Shown here in pieces: positions 38,283 through 48,768 of a stretch of 64,000 nt of DNA (the stretch's first letter is position 1; the number at the start of each line of letters is the position of its first letter). The notes below the pieces were generated by a model. It did not search any database and was not told the origin of the DNA. It saw only the letters and a program-made list of their open reading frames with translations. The stretch spans positions 1 to 64,000 of IMG/VR virus record IMGVR_UViG_3300035507_000199. The stretch is one strand, 5' to 3'. The position numbers and the translations under genes were made by a program. The stretch is from a virus (Duplodnaviria; Caudoviricetes).

Positions 38283-41200
38283 TTATTTACGATTTGCATA
38301 TTGAGATGCAAGATTTATAACATTATCAAAAGCTTCTAAGATTTCATCTTTATTAGTTGCATTCGGGAATTCGGCAGTTATATGAACTTCCTGTTCTAGA
38401 GTTTGATCACTAGTTTTTCCAATAGAAGCAGCTAATATTTGACCTAAGCCGCCACTCGCAGACATCGCATTTAAATCAATTAAATTTGAAATTTCACGAA
38501 CCATATTAATTGCATTTAAGAAGTTTTCAGTATCATCTGCGTTAAGAACAATTTCCTTTTGGTGTAACATTGCAAATTTACCTTCATTACTTCCCCATTC
38601 TCCTGTATATCCACCAGTATCAAACTTACTATAATAGTATTGTTTTAATTTGCTTCTCTTACTTGCCCATTCTTTATAAATGTCTCCATTTGCGGCATGA
38701 GCATTGATATAAGATTGAATCTCAGATCCTTTTGAACCAAATTTTTCTTTAAACCTTTTAGCTCGATATGGATCATTGCCCCAACCAGAAGCATCTCCGC
38801 CATCCATCCAGATAGCAGCTGCGATACCTTTCTTTATTGCATTTGTAAGCTTTTTACCTTTTTCATCATCAGAATTGCCTTTTCCATCATCTCCTGTTCC
38901 ACCAGTTTCTCCTCCAGTTCCGCCGGTTTCACCACCTGTTCCACCAGTATCAGTTTGAACTGTATCATTTTTAGTTTCAACCTGATTCCAAGAGGCCAAT
39001 AACGCATTAAATGATGCAACAAGCGCTTCATTCTTAGCAAGAATTTCATCAATGGTTTTACTGTAATTAGATTGGAAAGTTTCTACTTTATCTATTATTC
39101 CTTGGAAATCTTCTTCTGCTTGTTCAGCGGTTTCTGAAATACTGTCTTTAAGGGCTTCAGATTCCTCTTGTACCTCATCTAAATCTTCACTCATCTGTTT
39201 ATCAAATGCATCTGCGTCGTAACCCATTTGAGTTAAGTCATCTTGTATATTACTAGCATATTCTGCTGAAGCATCAGCCGCAGTTAAATACATATCTTTA
39301 GCAGATTGTACATAAGCATCTTGATATTCTTCTAATCTTCCATATCCAGTAGCAATAGATAGTTGAGTTTGACTAAAATCTTCAATATAATCTTCATCTG
39401 CAAGAGCTTTATTATCTGTCGCTTTTGCATAAGTAGCAACATCATCCTCATATAATTCTTTGTTATTTTCAATAACAATGCCCATTTGCTCAGAAGTATA
39501 TCTATTTTTTTCTGCATAATAAGCTTGTAATTCAGCTGCCGCCTTATTAAAGCCTTCTACATCGCCTTGATATTCATCTGCTAAACTAGCTAAAGCATCT
39601 GCTTCTTCTTGTCTAAGTTGAATCATTTGCTCTTGAAGAGTATTTATATAGTCTGCGTTTAATTGTTGCATTTCATATAATTTATCTTCATAATTTTGTT
39701 CAGCGTCTTCTACCTGAGAATCATCAGCAGTATAAACATATCCGTAATTACCTTCGGAATCTTGCGTTAAACGAACTTGACTTTTTGCATTTTGAGCTTC
39801 TGATAAAGCTAATTCTGCAACTTTCAATTCATATTTCTTTTGAAGATATTCAAGTTCATATTCACTCATTTCAACGCCTTTTTCCTGTTTAGCGTTAATC
39901 TCTTCTAATAATTTATTTAATTCTTTTTTACCTTTAATATTACTTGTATTATCAATACTATTATTTACTTGCCTAGTTAATTTAGTTAATTCATATACTT
40001 TTTGATATTCAGGAATATATTCTTCTTCAATATCTTGACTTCTTTCAAATGATGCTTGTAATTCATCTATATTGCCTGCAAGACCTGCGCAAGCTTCTTT
40101 AAAAGCATCAACTGCGGAAGTGATTTCTTGAACAAACTGCGCAACTGTAAGTTCTGCAATACTGGATTTAGCATCTTCAATATTATCTTCCGTAGTCTCT
40201 AATGCATCATTAGCTGCATCGATTTGCTCTTGAAGTTCTTTAACATTAGTACTATTTTCATTAAAGCCCAGATCGATAAGCTGCTGTTTAGCTTCTTCCA
40301 TCTTTTTGATTTCAGATTCTTGCATTTCTTTTTTAGATACTAATGCATCATATTCATTTTTAGCCTGTAATCTTTGTGTTTCATAAAGCTTATTCATTGT
40401 ATCATTAGAAACACCAAGATTTTTTTGACCATAAATATCCACTAAATTCTTATAAGTTTCAGTTACTTTACCTAATCTTTGAAGCTTATTAATTTGTTTA
40501 TCTAATTTTTCATCATTATCATCAAAAGCTTTTCCAATATCTTCATAAATTTGAGCTTGAATTTGAAGTAAATTATTATTTTCTTCAAGCAATTTAGCAG
40601 TATCACTTTTTAATTGCTCTTTTTGTTCATCAGTCATATTCTCCTGAAGACTTTTCATATCTTCATCGCTCAATGTTTCACCGTTCATTAATTTCTGAAC
40701 TTTTTTATCAACATCCGTTACCCCAGCTTTTGTAAGTGCATCAGTATATGTATCTTCCATATTCTGAGTTACTGCACTAATTGTGCTTAAAGAATTATCT
40801 GCTTCTTTTGATAAAATTGTGATAGCTTCAGCGATGTCATAAATGTCATCTCCTAAATTATTAAGATAATAATCTAATAATTTTAATTCTTCTTCATTAA
40901 CTTCAATTTTTAATTCAAGTTTAGTATTTGTAATTTCTATTATAGTATCATAAGCATCATTAGCAGCATCAGTTAAATTTTGCTCTTCATCTTGTACTTT
41001 TTCAACCGTTTCTTCATATTGAGATAAAAATTTTTGAAAAGCTTCATATTGCGCTTGTGCTTTTTCCCAAGCTAATTTAGCAGCATCATCATCAGTATTA
41101 GATTGAATATATTTCTTTCTAGCCTCTTCAAGTTTTTTATCATTAGCCGCTGTAAGTTCATCGTAATTAGAAATATTATTATTTTCATCATATTGAACTT

Positions 41201-44200
41201 TCATCCCTAAATAGCCTTCAGCACTAGCATTAACTTTATAATCTTTACCATCAACATTAACAGTTGTTGTTCCAGTAGAATCAAGTTTTTTCTTATCTGA
41301 TTTAAGATATTCTTTAGCTTGTTTTAAATATTCTTCTTGAGTTTTAACTATCGCCTGTTGAGTTTTTAATTCATCTTGAAGATTTTTTAATTTAGATTTT
41401 CCAAAAGCACGATCTTTTGCTTTAGAAATGGCATCATACTGCTTTTCTAGGGTAGATAGAGTTTTACTAATTTTATGATAACGCTCTGCACTAGGATCTT
41501 TCTTTTCAGCTGAGTTTCTTCTAGTAGTGCTTCTACTTCCACTGCCGCTTCTACCTCTACTTCGGGTTCCGCTTCCACTGCTTCTTCTACTTCCACCACC
41601 AGCAGATGAGTTATTATATTTAAAATTTCCTCCTGATGACTTATTTGCAGAAGTAACTTTTAATGCAAAAGCAGAAGTTGTATTTTCTTCAGTCCCTGTT
41701 TGAGTTACAGGTTCTGCAGTCTCTTCATAGACTGTAACTGGTAGATCTATATCTTTGGTAGACATCCCATCTCCAGTTCCTACTGGGACAGTTGCAGAGC
41801 CTTTTTCAGTAACAGGATTTAATGTAGAGTTCCATCCAAGTACTTCTTTTGCATCTTCTGTAGTAGTTTCTACTTGTTCAACTTGAGCATCAACACCCAT
41901 ACTTGATAAATAATCAGTAGCTTGTTCAGCAGTCATACCCGCTGCATTAATCATTTGAGTTAAACCATTTAAGAAATCTTCATTATCTAATGAAGCTCCA
42001 ACTTCAAGATCATCAAGTAATTCCTCATTTGCAGTTGCAGCTGTTGATTCAATATAATTTAAATCTTCATCATATTTGCTTGTATCAATTCCGCATTGTA
42101 CTAATATGTCTTTTGCAGCTGCTTCTTGTAACTCTTCATATGCTTCTTCACTGCCATTAGCAGCTTCTTGTAACAATTTAAGATTTTCAGTACTAGTTAA
42201 GAATCCATCTGAAAGTGAACTAGCATCAATATCAAGTAAATCACCATAAGTATTTGCTAATTCTTTTCCAACTTCAGCTTGTTCTTGAAGATCACCAGCC
42301 TCCAATGCCGCCATCCAATCATCATAATTGTCTGCAACATCTTCTAAAGCTGAATTATAACGAAGTAATGATTGAGCAACTTTTTTAACTTGCTTTTCAT
42401 TACTACGCATATCTTTATCTAAACCTTCGATTTCATTATCTGCGTCTTCAATATAATCTACAAGATTCTCAAATTCATCTGTATCAATATCATCGTCTAA
42501 AGTTTCTTGTAAAGATTGAAATAAAGCATTTTGAGTTTCAACACTAAGATTTAATCTTTCTGCGGCATCTTGTAAATCTTCAAAAGTCTTAATTCCTAAC
42601 GAACTTGCTCCACCATATTGTTCAACAAGATTTGCCACGGCTTGTGTTGCTTGTTCAGTAGTTAAAGTTCTTCCTTGAACAGCAGCTTCTAATTCTGGAC
42701 CCATCTTATTTATAACTGCATCTAATTCATTTAATTTAGAAGAATCAAATCCATCTAATGCAGTTAATTCAGCTAATCCATTAACAAGAGTTTCAATACT
42801 AATTGAATTATCTAAAAATGCTTGAGATAAGTCTTCTATTCCAGCTCCATTATTAATAATATCGTTTAAAACAATAGATAATTCTTGAGCAGGAGTAACT
42901 ACATCATTTACATCATCTTGAAGTTTAATCCACTGTAAATCTTGTATTGTTAAATCTTGAGTTTCTTCTTCAATAATTTGTTTCAGTCTTTCTTGTGCAG
43001 CTGTTCGTTCAGCTTCACTTCCAGTTGAAAAAATTGTATCCCAAGAACTTTTAAGTTCATCTAATGATTCAGCCCTAATAATTGCTGCTTCTTTTTCAGC
43101 AATTATTTGTTGCAATACTTGTTCATCATCTGCATTAGTAGAAAAATCATTATATTCTTTAGCCTTATCTGTAGCAGCCTGTTCTGCATCTTTTAATTCT
43201 TGCCACTCTTTAATATCTTCCTCTAACCCTAAAGTGCTTATTTCTTCTTCACTTAAATCACTAATTTCTTTACCATTAGTTTTTTCTTTTATATCATCTT
43301 CTTTAGCATTAGCTTCAGATTCTTTTGAACTAGCCTCTTGCTCATATAAACCAGCAATTTCGTCAGCTGCATCTTTCGCGACATCTCTTTTTTCTTTTAA
43401 GTCGTTTTCTAATCCATCTAAATATTTTTGAAGAGTCTCTTGTTGTTCTTCATATGATTGCTTCATAAAATCATTCAAAGAATCAAAACCATCTTCCCCA
43501 AAAGTTATTCCTGCTTTTTCAGCCCAGTCTAAATAACTCTGTTGATCAGTTCCCATATCTTCGAAATTATCTCCAGAATTATCTCGAACTGCTTGAGTTT
43601 TAACTAATATTGTTTCATAATCAGCTATTTTTTGAGCTTTATCAATTTGATCTTTAACTTGTTTATCAAGATCACCATCTTCATTTATAAGACTTAGATC
43701 TACTTTAAAGAAGTATTCTTTTTGTGCATCATCAAGACTATCATATATATTAGTTAATTCTGTTTGATAAGCTACTAATTCATCATCATCTAAATCTTCT
43801 CCACTAGATTGAATTAACTGTAAAGTAGCTGCATATATATCTGCAAAATTTCCAAGTGAATCATCAGCTGAATATAATTGAGTAACTAAATTTTTTACAA
43901 ATTCATTAAAACTTTCATCATCAAAATCAAAAATTCCAAGATCTTCAGTATCTTCTTTAATTTTATCTGAAACATTTTTTACCATATCTTCAAAAAATGC
44001 TTCGTAATCACTTAAAGTCTTAATCGAAGACGCTTCTTTTTGATTTTCAGGCGTTAAAGAAAGAGCTTCACTAATATTTTCTCCATATTGCTCTTTTAAT
44101 TTTTCTATATTCTCGGCATAATCAGAGTTAGCATCATAAAAAGCAACTAAATCTTGATATTGAGAATCTAATTCTAAATCTGCATCAGAATATTGATCTT

Positions 44201-47200
44201 GAGCTGCTTCAATTACTTGTTTAGCTTCTTCGACACTGGCTAAATATTGTCCAACACTTTGAGCTTTATTAATTAATTCTCCATCCTCATTAAAATCTAA
44301 ATAAGAAGATTCTATTGAATCTAAAATAGGAGATAAAATATCACTTCCATAATTTTTAGTTTCATAATCAACGGATATAAAATCATCTATTAATAAACCA
44401 TAATCATTAGTTAATTCTTCTTTTTCCTCTTCTGAAGCAGATGTTAATTTATTGGCTAAATCTGATAAAACTTCTTTAACAGTAGATTCTGCATTTAAAT
44501 TATAATTTGTAACATAATTTTTTAATAATTCTACAATTTGTTCTTCATTATCAATAAGAAAACCAGATAATGTTTCATCTGTTACAGATAAATCTTCAAC
44601 GGGAAGATATGATTGAATCCAAAAATTATTATTATAATCAGGATCAAGCGTATCTGATGAATAGCCTAAAGCTTGAAGATTGCCACTTTTAGTATTACCA
44701 TCTTGACTATATGAATATAAAGGAATATCTTTATTATTGGATAAATCTGACTGTGAAATTATTCCAGTTGTTAATTGACCATCTTTCCATTTATTTTCAT
44801 AATTATCTGCTTCGTCTTTTACTAATTGAGCTTCATCTTGAAGCGCATTTTTAGCAGAAGTAGCTGCAGCATTAACTTGTGCTTCACGTTTCTCTTCAAT
44901 AGCTTTTGTTAAAGCTTTATAATTTTCAGTTAAAATTAAAAGTTTTTCATTTTCTAATCCATACTGCTCTAATAATGCTTCAGTAGCACTAGTTAAATCT
45001 TCTTTACTACCTGTTCCATCATTATATGCTTGTAATGCAGTTTTATAATTTGAGTATAATTCTTTTGCAGAATCTGCCTCAGATTGCGCCTCTTCTGCGG
45101 CTTTTTGACTAGCTTCTGCATTTTCTTTTAATTTTTCAGTATTTTTTTCTGTTATACTATTAAGAGCAGAAATAGCTGCTACTGCTCCTAAAATTGCCAC
45201 TGCTAAAACAGCAATAACTGGATGTGTATACCATACAGCTGCATTTGATCCAACAGCTATACTATTTCTTTCTATTGCTGCAGTTTCAGCATCCGTAAAA
45301 TTAGCTTCAGTATTAGTAATTGCGGCTTTCGCAGTTTTAAAAGCAATGCTAGCGCTAATAGCTAAATTATTAGCCTTTTCTGCAGCAATTTGAGTTAAAG
45401 TAGCTCCTGCTTCTTTAACTCTTAAAGCCGTAATAGCTTCATCTAATGTTTTTTGTGCTTCTCTAATTGACTTATATGCTTGAATGGCAGTATTTAATGC
45501 CATAAAACCAGAAACTACTTTTTGAATTCCACTCGTTTCATCATCAAAAAGTTCACTTCCGAAATTAGATATTGTACTTAATGCCATCGCATAAGTCATT
45601 CCTGCTCCCGCAACTTTAACAAAACCTTCAGATAAAGAAGCAGTTTTACCCTGTAAGCCCTCTATTGCTTCACCAGCTGTTTTTGCAGCATTTCTCGAAT
45701 CTGCAAATTTTTGATTTGCATTATATATTTTTGCTCCAAGATTATCTGCAGAACCAACAATATTATCAACTACTTGTTTAGCTTGCTCTGCATCTCCAGT
45801 ACTATCTCTTAAAATTGCTTCAGCTTCATTAAATTTCTCTAAAGCATTTGACCCAACCGTTTCAACAGCCTTGTCTAAGTTTGAAAGACCTTGAGAAACA
45901 TTAGTAACATCTTCACTTTTAATATCCTTTAGTATCTCGTTAATTTCTTCTAGTTTTTCGGTATCTATATTTCCAGTTGATTGAAGAGCTTCATAATAAT
46001 CTGTCACATATTGTTTTGCTTTTTGTAAATCTTCTGGATTATTAATGTCAATATCTCCAAGCCTAGATTGCAACCCTTCTAAAACTTTATATTCATTTTC
46101 TAATTCTTTAGCTTCTTTAATTGTACTTTCAAATTGTTTACTATTTTTATTTTTTGTCTCCTGATCTGTCGTTGTTTGCGACCTTAATATTGATCTTTGA
46201 GCTTGTCTAGTTTGAGATTTTACAATAGCTTCCTGTTCTTCTTTATTTTTAACTAATTGAAGATATTGATCTCCAAGTTCTGAGCTAATATCCATCAAAG
46301 ATTGAACCCTTTTTAAATCATTCTCAGAAACTTCTTTACCTGCGGCTGCTAATTGTTTAGTTTTTTCAATTAATTGATCTTGTAAATCTGCTTGTTGAAT
46401 ATATATATCTGCTGTAGCAGCATTAGAGCCTTTATCAGTATCCATCATCATATCTCTTAAAGCTTGATTTGCTTCTTTTCTCTGGTTTAAAATTTCTTCC
46501 ATACCAGCTTGAGAATTTACTTTAAGATTATAAATCATATTATCAATACCAGTAGAAATATCATCACTAAACATATTTAATAATAGTCCACCAACAGCCG
46601 GAAGAATGCTTGATAAACCGCCAAAAGCATCAATTAAACCATCAATTCCATCAACAATAGAATCTATAACATTCAATACAGCAATAAAAGCATTATCATC
46701 TATTAAGTCTGAATAAATTGCCTCTAATGAAGCTCTTACTCTTTTACTCGCAGCTTCCCAAGATTCCTCATAAATTTCAGCTTGTTCAGTTAAAGTGCCT
46801 TCTGAATCTTGTGCAACTGCTAAGTTTTCTTTCATATAATCCCAGTTATTCATTAATGCCATTAACTGAGTATATTGTCTTGTTCCTGCAACAGCTTGTG
46901 CAACTGCTAATTGAGTATCATTTGATAAAGTTCCCCATTTATCTCCTAACTCATCAAGAACTGTATCCATGTCTTTTAGCTCTCCACTGGCATCTTTAAT
47001 ATCAACACCGACTTTTTCAAGAGCTTGAGAATAAGTTCCTAAATCAGTTCCATCATCAAGAGTTTCTCCTAACTCTAAGTCTTGAATACGAGCAAAAATA
47101 GTTTTAAAAGCATTACCAACAGTATCTGCTGATTCTCTTGTTTTTGCTACTACAGTAGCTAATGCAGATGTTGCATATTCATAACTTAATCCAGCAGTTT

Positions 47201-48080
47201 CTGCTACTGCGGAGAATTTTGAAAGACCTTCTGCGATTTCAGATGAACTTGATGCAGTTGCAGCACCTAATGCAGTAATAACATCACTATAATGTTCAAG
47301 TGAAGTAGATCCATCATCAAAGTTATTCCAAATAGCTGTCATATAAGAGGAAACTTCAGTTGCAGCATCTCCAGTTGCTTGGGCCATTTTAATAACAACA
47401 TTAGTTCTATCTTCAACCTCTTCATCATCCAAACCTTGCTGATAGAAAATAAGAGCCGCATCGGTATAAGCGGTAGTAGTTGTACTTAATGACTGTGCAG
47501 CTTTATTTGCTTTTTCTGCAAAAGCAGCCATCTCATCTGAAGATTGTCCAGTTACAATTCTAATATTAGTTAAAGATTCATTTAAATCTTGCGCATATCC
47601 ATAAGCAGATTGCAAAGAACCCATAAAGCCATGTAAAATGCTAGATGATAATTGCCATCTTGCAGTATTCTTTAAAGTTGTAGAAAATTCTGATAATAAA
47701 GAACTTGTTCTCTTTAAAGGAACTTCTGCTGTAGAAATAGACTTCGCAATTTGTGAAAAAGCTTGAACTCCTTCTGGACCTAAATTAGTTAAATCCTTAG
47801 CATAATCTCCAATCTTTTTTCCACTATCTTTTAAAGCTTGATTAAATTTGCTTAAGTCTAAAGATCCAGTAGAAGTGGTTGATGACTGTAAAATACTTTT
47901 TAATTCATTAGCTGCTTTAATTCCATTATTAATTTCTTCTGTAATTCCTAAATTAGAAAATTTTCCAGAAGAAGCTGAACTAGCTAATTGAGTTAATTGA
48001 CTTTGTAAAGACTGAATTTGCGCTTTCGCATTACTAGTATCTGCGGTAAACGCTAAATTCACATTTAATTGTTTAGCCAT
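38283..48080 (-). CDS. Tail tape measure protein (3265 aa)
   Basis: TP901-like core (DLNESLTNIRIVTG...VGNAFKTIFARI...VAGTRQYTQLMALM), hydrophobic segments, long helical body, C-terminal FDTGGYTG...AMLHQKEIVLN. Confidence 0.95.
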   Translation of the reverse strand: MAKQLNVNLAFTADTSNAKAQIQSLQSQLTQLASSASSGKFSNLGITEEINNGIKAANELKSILQSSTTSTGSLDLSKFNQALKDSGKKIGDYAKDLTNLGPEGVQAFSQIAKSISTAEVPLKRTSSLLSEFSTTLKNTARWQLSSSILHGFMGSLQSAYGYAQDLNESLTNIRIVTGQSSDEMAAFAEKANKAAQSLSTTTTAYTDAALIFYQQGLDDEEVEDRTNVVIKMAQATGDAATEVSSYMTAIWNNFDDGSTSLEHYSDVITALGAATASSSSEIAEGLSKFSAVAETAGLSYEYATSALATVVAKTRESADTVGNAFKTIFARIQDLELGETLDDGTDLGTYSQALEKVGVDIKDASGELKDMDTVLDELGDKWGTLSNDTQLAVAQAVAGTRQYTQLMALMNNWDYMKENLAVAQDSEGTLTEQAEIYEESWEAASKRVRASLEAIYSDLIDDNAFIAVLNVIDSIVDGIDGLIDAFGGLSSILPAVGGLLLNMFSDDISTGIDNMIYNLKVNSQAGMEEILNQRKEANQALRDMMMDTDKGSNAATADIYIQQADLQDQLIEKTKQLAAAGKEVSENDLKRVQSLMDISSELGDQYLQLVKNKEEQEAIVKSQTRQAQRSILRSQTTTDQETKNKNSKQFESTIKEAKELENEYKVLEGLQSRLGDIDINNPEDLQKAKQYVTDYYEALQSTGNIDTEKLEEINEILKDIKSEDVTNVSQGLSNLDKAVETVGSNALEKFNEAEAILRDSTGDAEQAKQVVDNIVGSADNLGAKIYNANQKFADSRNAAKTAGEAIEGLQGKTASLSEGFVKVAGAGMTYAMALSTISNFGSELFDDETSGIQKVVSGFMALNTAIQAYKSIREAQKTLDEAITALRVKEAGATLTQIAAEKANNLAISASIAFKTAKAAITNTEANFTDAETAAIERNSIAVGSNAAVWYTHPVIAVLAVAILGAVAAISALNSITEKNTEKLKENAEASQKAAEEAQSEADSAKELYSNYKTALQAYNDGTGSKEDLTSATEALLEQYGLENEKLLILTENYKALTKAIEEKREAQVNAAATSAKNALQDEAQLVKDEADNYENKWKDGQLTTGIISQSDLSNNKDIPLYSYSQDGNTKSGNLQALGYSSDTLDPDYNNNFWIQSYLPVEDLSVTDETLSGFLIDNEEQIVELLKNYVTNYNLNAESTVKEVLSDLANKLTSASEEEKEELTNDYGLLIDDFISVDYETKNYGSDILSPILDSIESSYLDFNEDGELINKAQSVGQYLASVEEAKQVIEAAQDQYSDADLELDSQYQDLVAFYDANSDYAENIEKLKEQYGENISEALSLTPENQKEASSIKTLSDYEAFFEDMVKNVSDKIKEDTEDLGIFDFDDESFNEFVKNLVTQLYSADDSLGNFADIYAATLQLIQSSGEDLDDDELVAYQTELTNIYDSLDDAQKEYFFKVDLSLINEDGDLDKQVKDQIDKAQKIADYETILVKTQAVRDNSGDNFEDMGTDQQSYLDWAEKAGITFGEDGFDSLNDFMKQSYEEQQETLQKYLDGLENDLKEKRDVAKDAADEIAGLYEQEASSKESEANAKEDDIKEKTNGKEISDLSEEEISTLGLEEDIKEWQELKDAEQAATDKAKEYNDFSTNADDEQVLQQIIAEKEAAIIRAESLDELKSSWDTIFSTGSEAERTAAQERLKQIIEEETQDLTIQDLQWIKLQDDVNDVVTPAQELSIVLNDIINNGAGIEDLSQAFLDNSISIETLVNGLAELTALDGFDSSKLNELDAVINKMGPELEAAVQGRTLTTEQATQAVANLVEQYGGASSLGIKTFEDLQDAAERLNLSVETQNALFQSLQETLDDDIDTDEFENLVDYIEDADNEIEGLDKDMRSNEKQVKKVAQSLLRYNSALEDVADNYDDWMAALEAGDLQEQAEVGKELANTYGDLLDIDASSLSDGFLTSTENLKLLQEAANGSEEAYEELQEAAAKDILVQCGIDTSKYDEDLNYIESTAATANEELLDDLEVGASLDNEDFLNGLTQMINAAGMTAEQATDYLSSMGVDAQVEQVETTTEDAKEVLGWNSTLNPVTEKGSATVPVGTGDGMSTKDIDLPVTVYEETAEPVTQTGTEENTTSAFALKVTSANKSSGGNFKYNNSSAGGGSRRSSGSGTRSRGRSGSGSRSTTRRNSAEKKDPSAERYHKISKTLSTLEKQYDAISKAKDRAFGKSKLKNLQDELKTQQAIVKTQEEYLKQAKEYLKSDKKKLDSTGTTTVNVDGKDYKVNASAEGYLGMKVQYDENNNISNYDELTAANDKKLEEARKKYIQSNTDDDAAKLAWEKAQAQYEAFQKFLSQYEETVEKVQDEEQNLTDAANDAYDTIIEITNTKLELKIEVNEEELKLLDYYLNNLGDDIYDIAEAITILSKEADNSLSTISAVTQNMEDTYTDALTKAGVTDVDKKVQKLMNGETLSDEDMKSLQENMTDEQKEQLKSDTAKLLEENNNLLQIQAQIYEDIGKAFDDNDEKLDKQINKLQRLGKVTETYKNLVDIYGQKNLGVSNDTMNKLYETQRLQAKNEYDALVSKKEMQESEIKKMEEAKQQLIDLGFNENSTNVKELQEQIDAANDALETTEDNIEDAKSSIAELTVAQFVQEITSAVDAFKEACAGLAGNIDELQASFERSQDIEEEYIPEYQKVYELTKLTRQVNNSIDNTSNIKGKKELNKLLEEINAKQEKGVEMSEYELEYLQKKYELKVAELALSEAQNAKSQVRLTQDSEGNYGYVYTADDSQVEDAEQNYEDKLYEMQQLNADYINTLQEQMIQLRQEEADALASLADEYQGDVEGFNKAAAELQAYYAEKNRYTSEQMGIVIENNKELYEDDVATYAKATDNKALADEDYIEDFSQTQLSIATGYGRLEEYQDAYVQSAKDMYLTAADASAEYASNIQDDLTQMGYDADAFDKQMSEDLDEVQEESEALKDSISETAEQAEEDFQGIIDKVETFQSNYSKTIDEILAKNEALVASFNALLASWNQVETKNDTVQTDTGGTGGETGGTGGETGGTGDDGKGNSDDEKGKKLTNAIKKGIAAAIWMDGGDASGWGNDPYRAKRFKEKFGSKGSEIQSYINAHAANGDIYKEWASKRSKLKQYYYSKFDTGGYTGEWGSNEGKFAMLHQKEIVLNADDTENFLNAINMVREISNLIDLNAMSASGGLGQILAASIGKTSDQTLEQEVHITAEFPNATNKDEILEAFDNVINLASQYANRK
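38893..38950 (-). repeat. 21-bp Gly/Thr linker repeat
   Basis: Encodes TGGTGGETGGTGGETGGTG. Confidence 0.8.
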
Positions 48081-48127
48081 CTATTTTGCTCCTTTCTCTC
48101 CAATTTATATTATTTTTTTTATTTTGC

Positions 48128-48171
48128 AAAATAAAAAAGAGGGGAAAGAGTTAAAATACACTCTTTCCCCT
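48128..48171 (-). terminator. Intrinsic terminator / possible attenuator in front of the TMP gene
   Basis: 12-bp stem AGGGGAAAGAGT/ACTCTTTCCCCT plus CTTTTTTATTTT. Confidence 0.85.
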
Positions 48172-48176
48172 TAACT

Positions 48177-48223
48177 CCTATTACAAATAAAAATTTTAAT
48201 AATAGGATTAGCCTAATTTGGTT
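48177..48223 (-). promoter_or_regulatory. Conserved junction element, copy E
   Basis: AACCA-N8-TAAT-N14-TTTTA-N7-TAGG. Confidence 0.55.
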
Positions 48224-48735
48224 AATACATCTTTCAATAAAGAAAGCGAATTAGGATCATTCATTTTCTTTTGAAGCTCTGTAGCATCTAATTCTAAATT
48301 AGAATAATCTGTACTAATGGTTTCTAAAATACCAAGAACTGAATTTCTATAATCATAAACAGAATCAATACTATCATAAATACCATCAATTAAAAAATCA
48401 TACTCTTCTTGCGGAATAGCATCAATGATTTTACCAATAACTCCATTTGATGATAATAAATCATAAAGTTTTCCCGGATCTTCTCTTTGTTTATCTGTAA
48501 AAGTTAAATTAGTATAATATTGAATAATCTGTAATGATGCAAATAACATTATTTTTAATGGATTAGCAAAATTATTTTCGTCGGCAGAATCATTTATTAC
48601 ATTAGAAATAAGTACCAATTTTTCATTAATTGGTAAATATTGTTTTACTTCAATTTCAATATCATCATTAATTTTTACAATTTTAATATCATCTTTCTTT
48701 TTAAGTCCTAATTTACTAAAAGAAACTTTTGCCAT
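48208..48735 (-). CDS. Probable tail assembly chaperone
   Basis: 175-aa gene directly upstream of the TMP; IEVKQYLPI...YYTNLTF...LYDLL; inferred mainly from position. Confidence 0.62.
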   Translation of the reverse strand: MAKVSFSKLGLKKKDDIKIVKINDDIEIEVKQYLPINEKLVLISNVINDSADENNFANPLKIMLFASLQIIQYYTNLTFTDKQREDPGKLYDLLSSNGVIGKIIDAIPQEEYDFLIDGIYDSIDSVYDYRNSVLGILETISTDYSNLELDATELQKKMNDPNSLSLLKDVLTKLG

Positions 48736-48768
48736 TTATATAGCCTCCTTTATCTCTCTTTTAATATT

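Noticed and set aside
48081-48735. Lambda G/GT-type programmed frameshift before the TMP
   Set aside because: No second overlapping ORF; a terminator and short non-coding gap follow the stop
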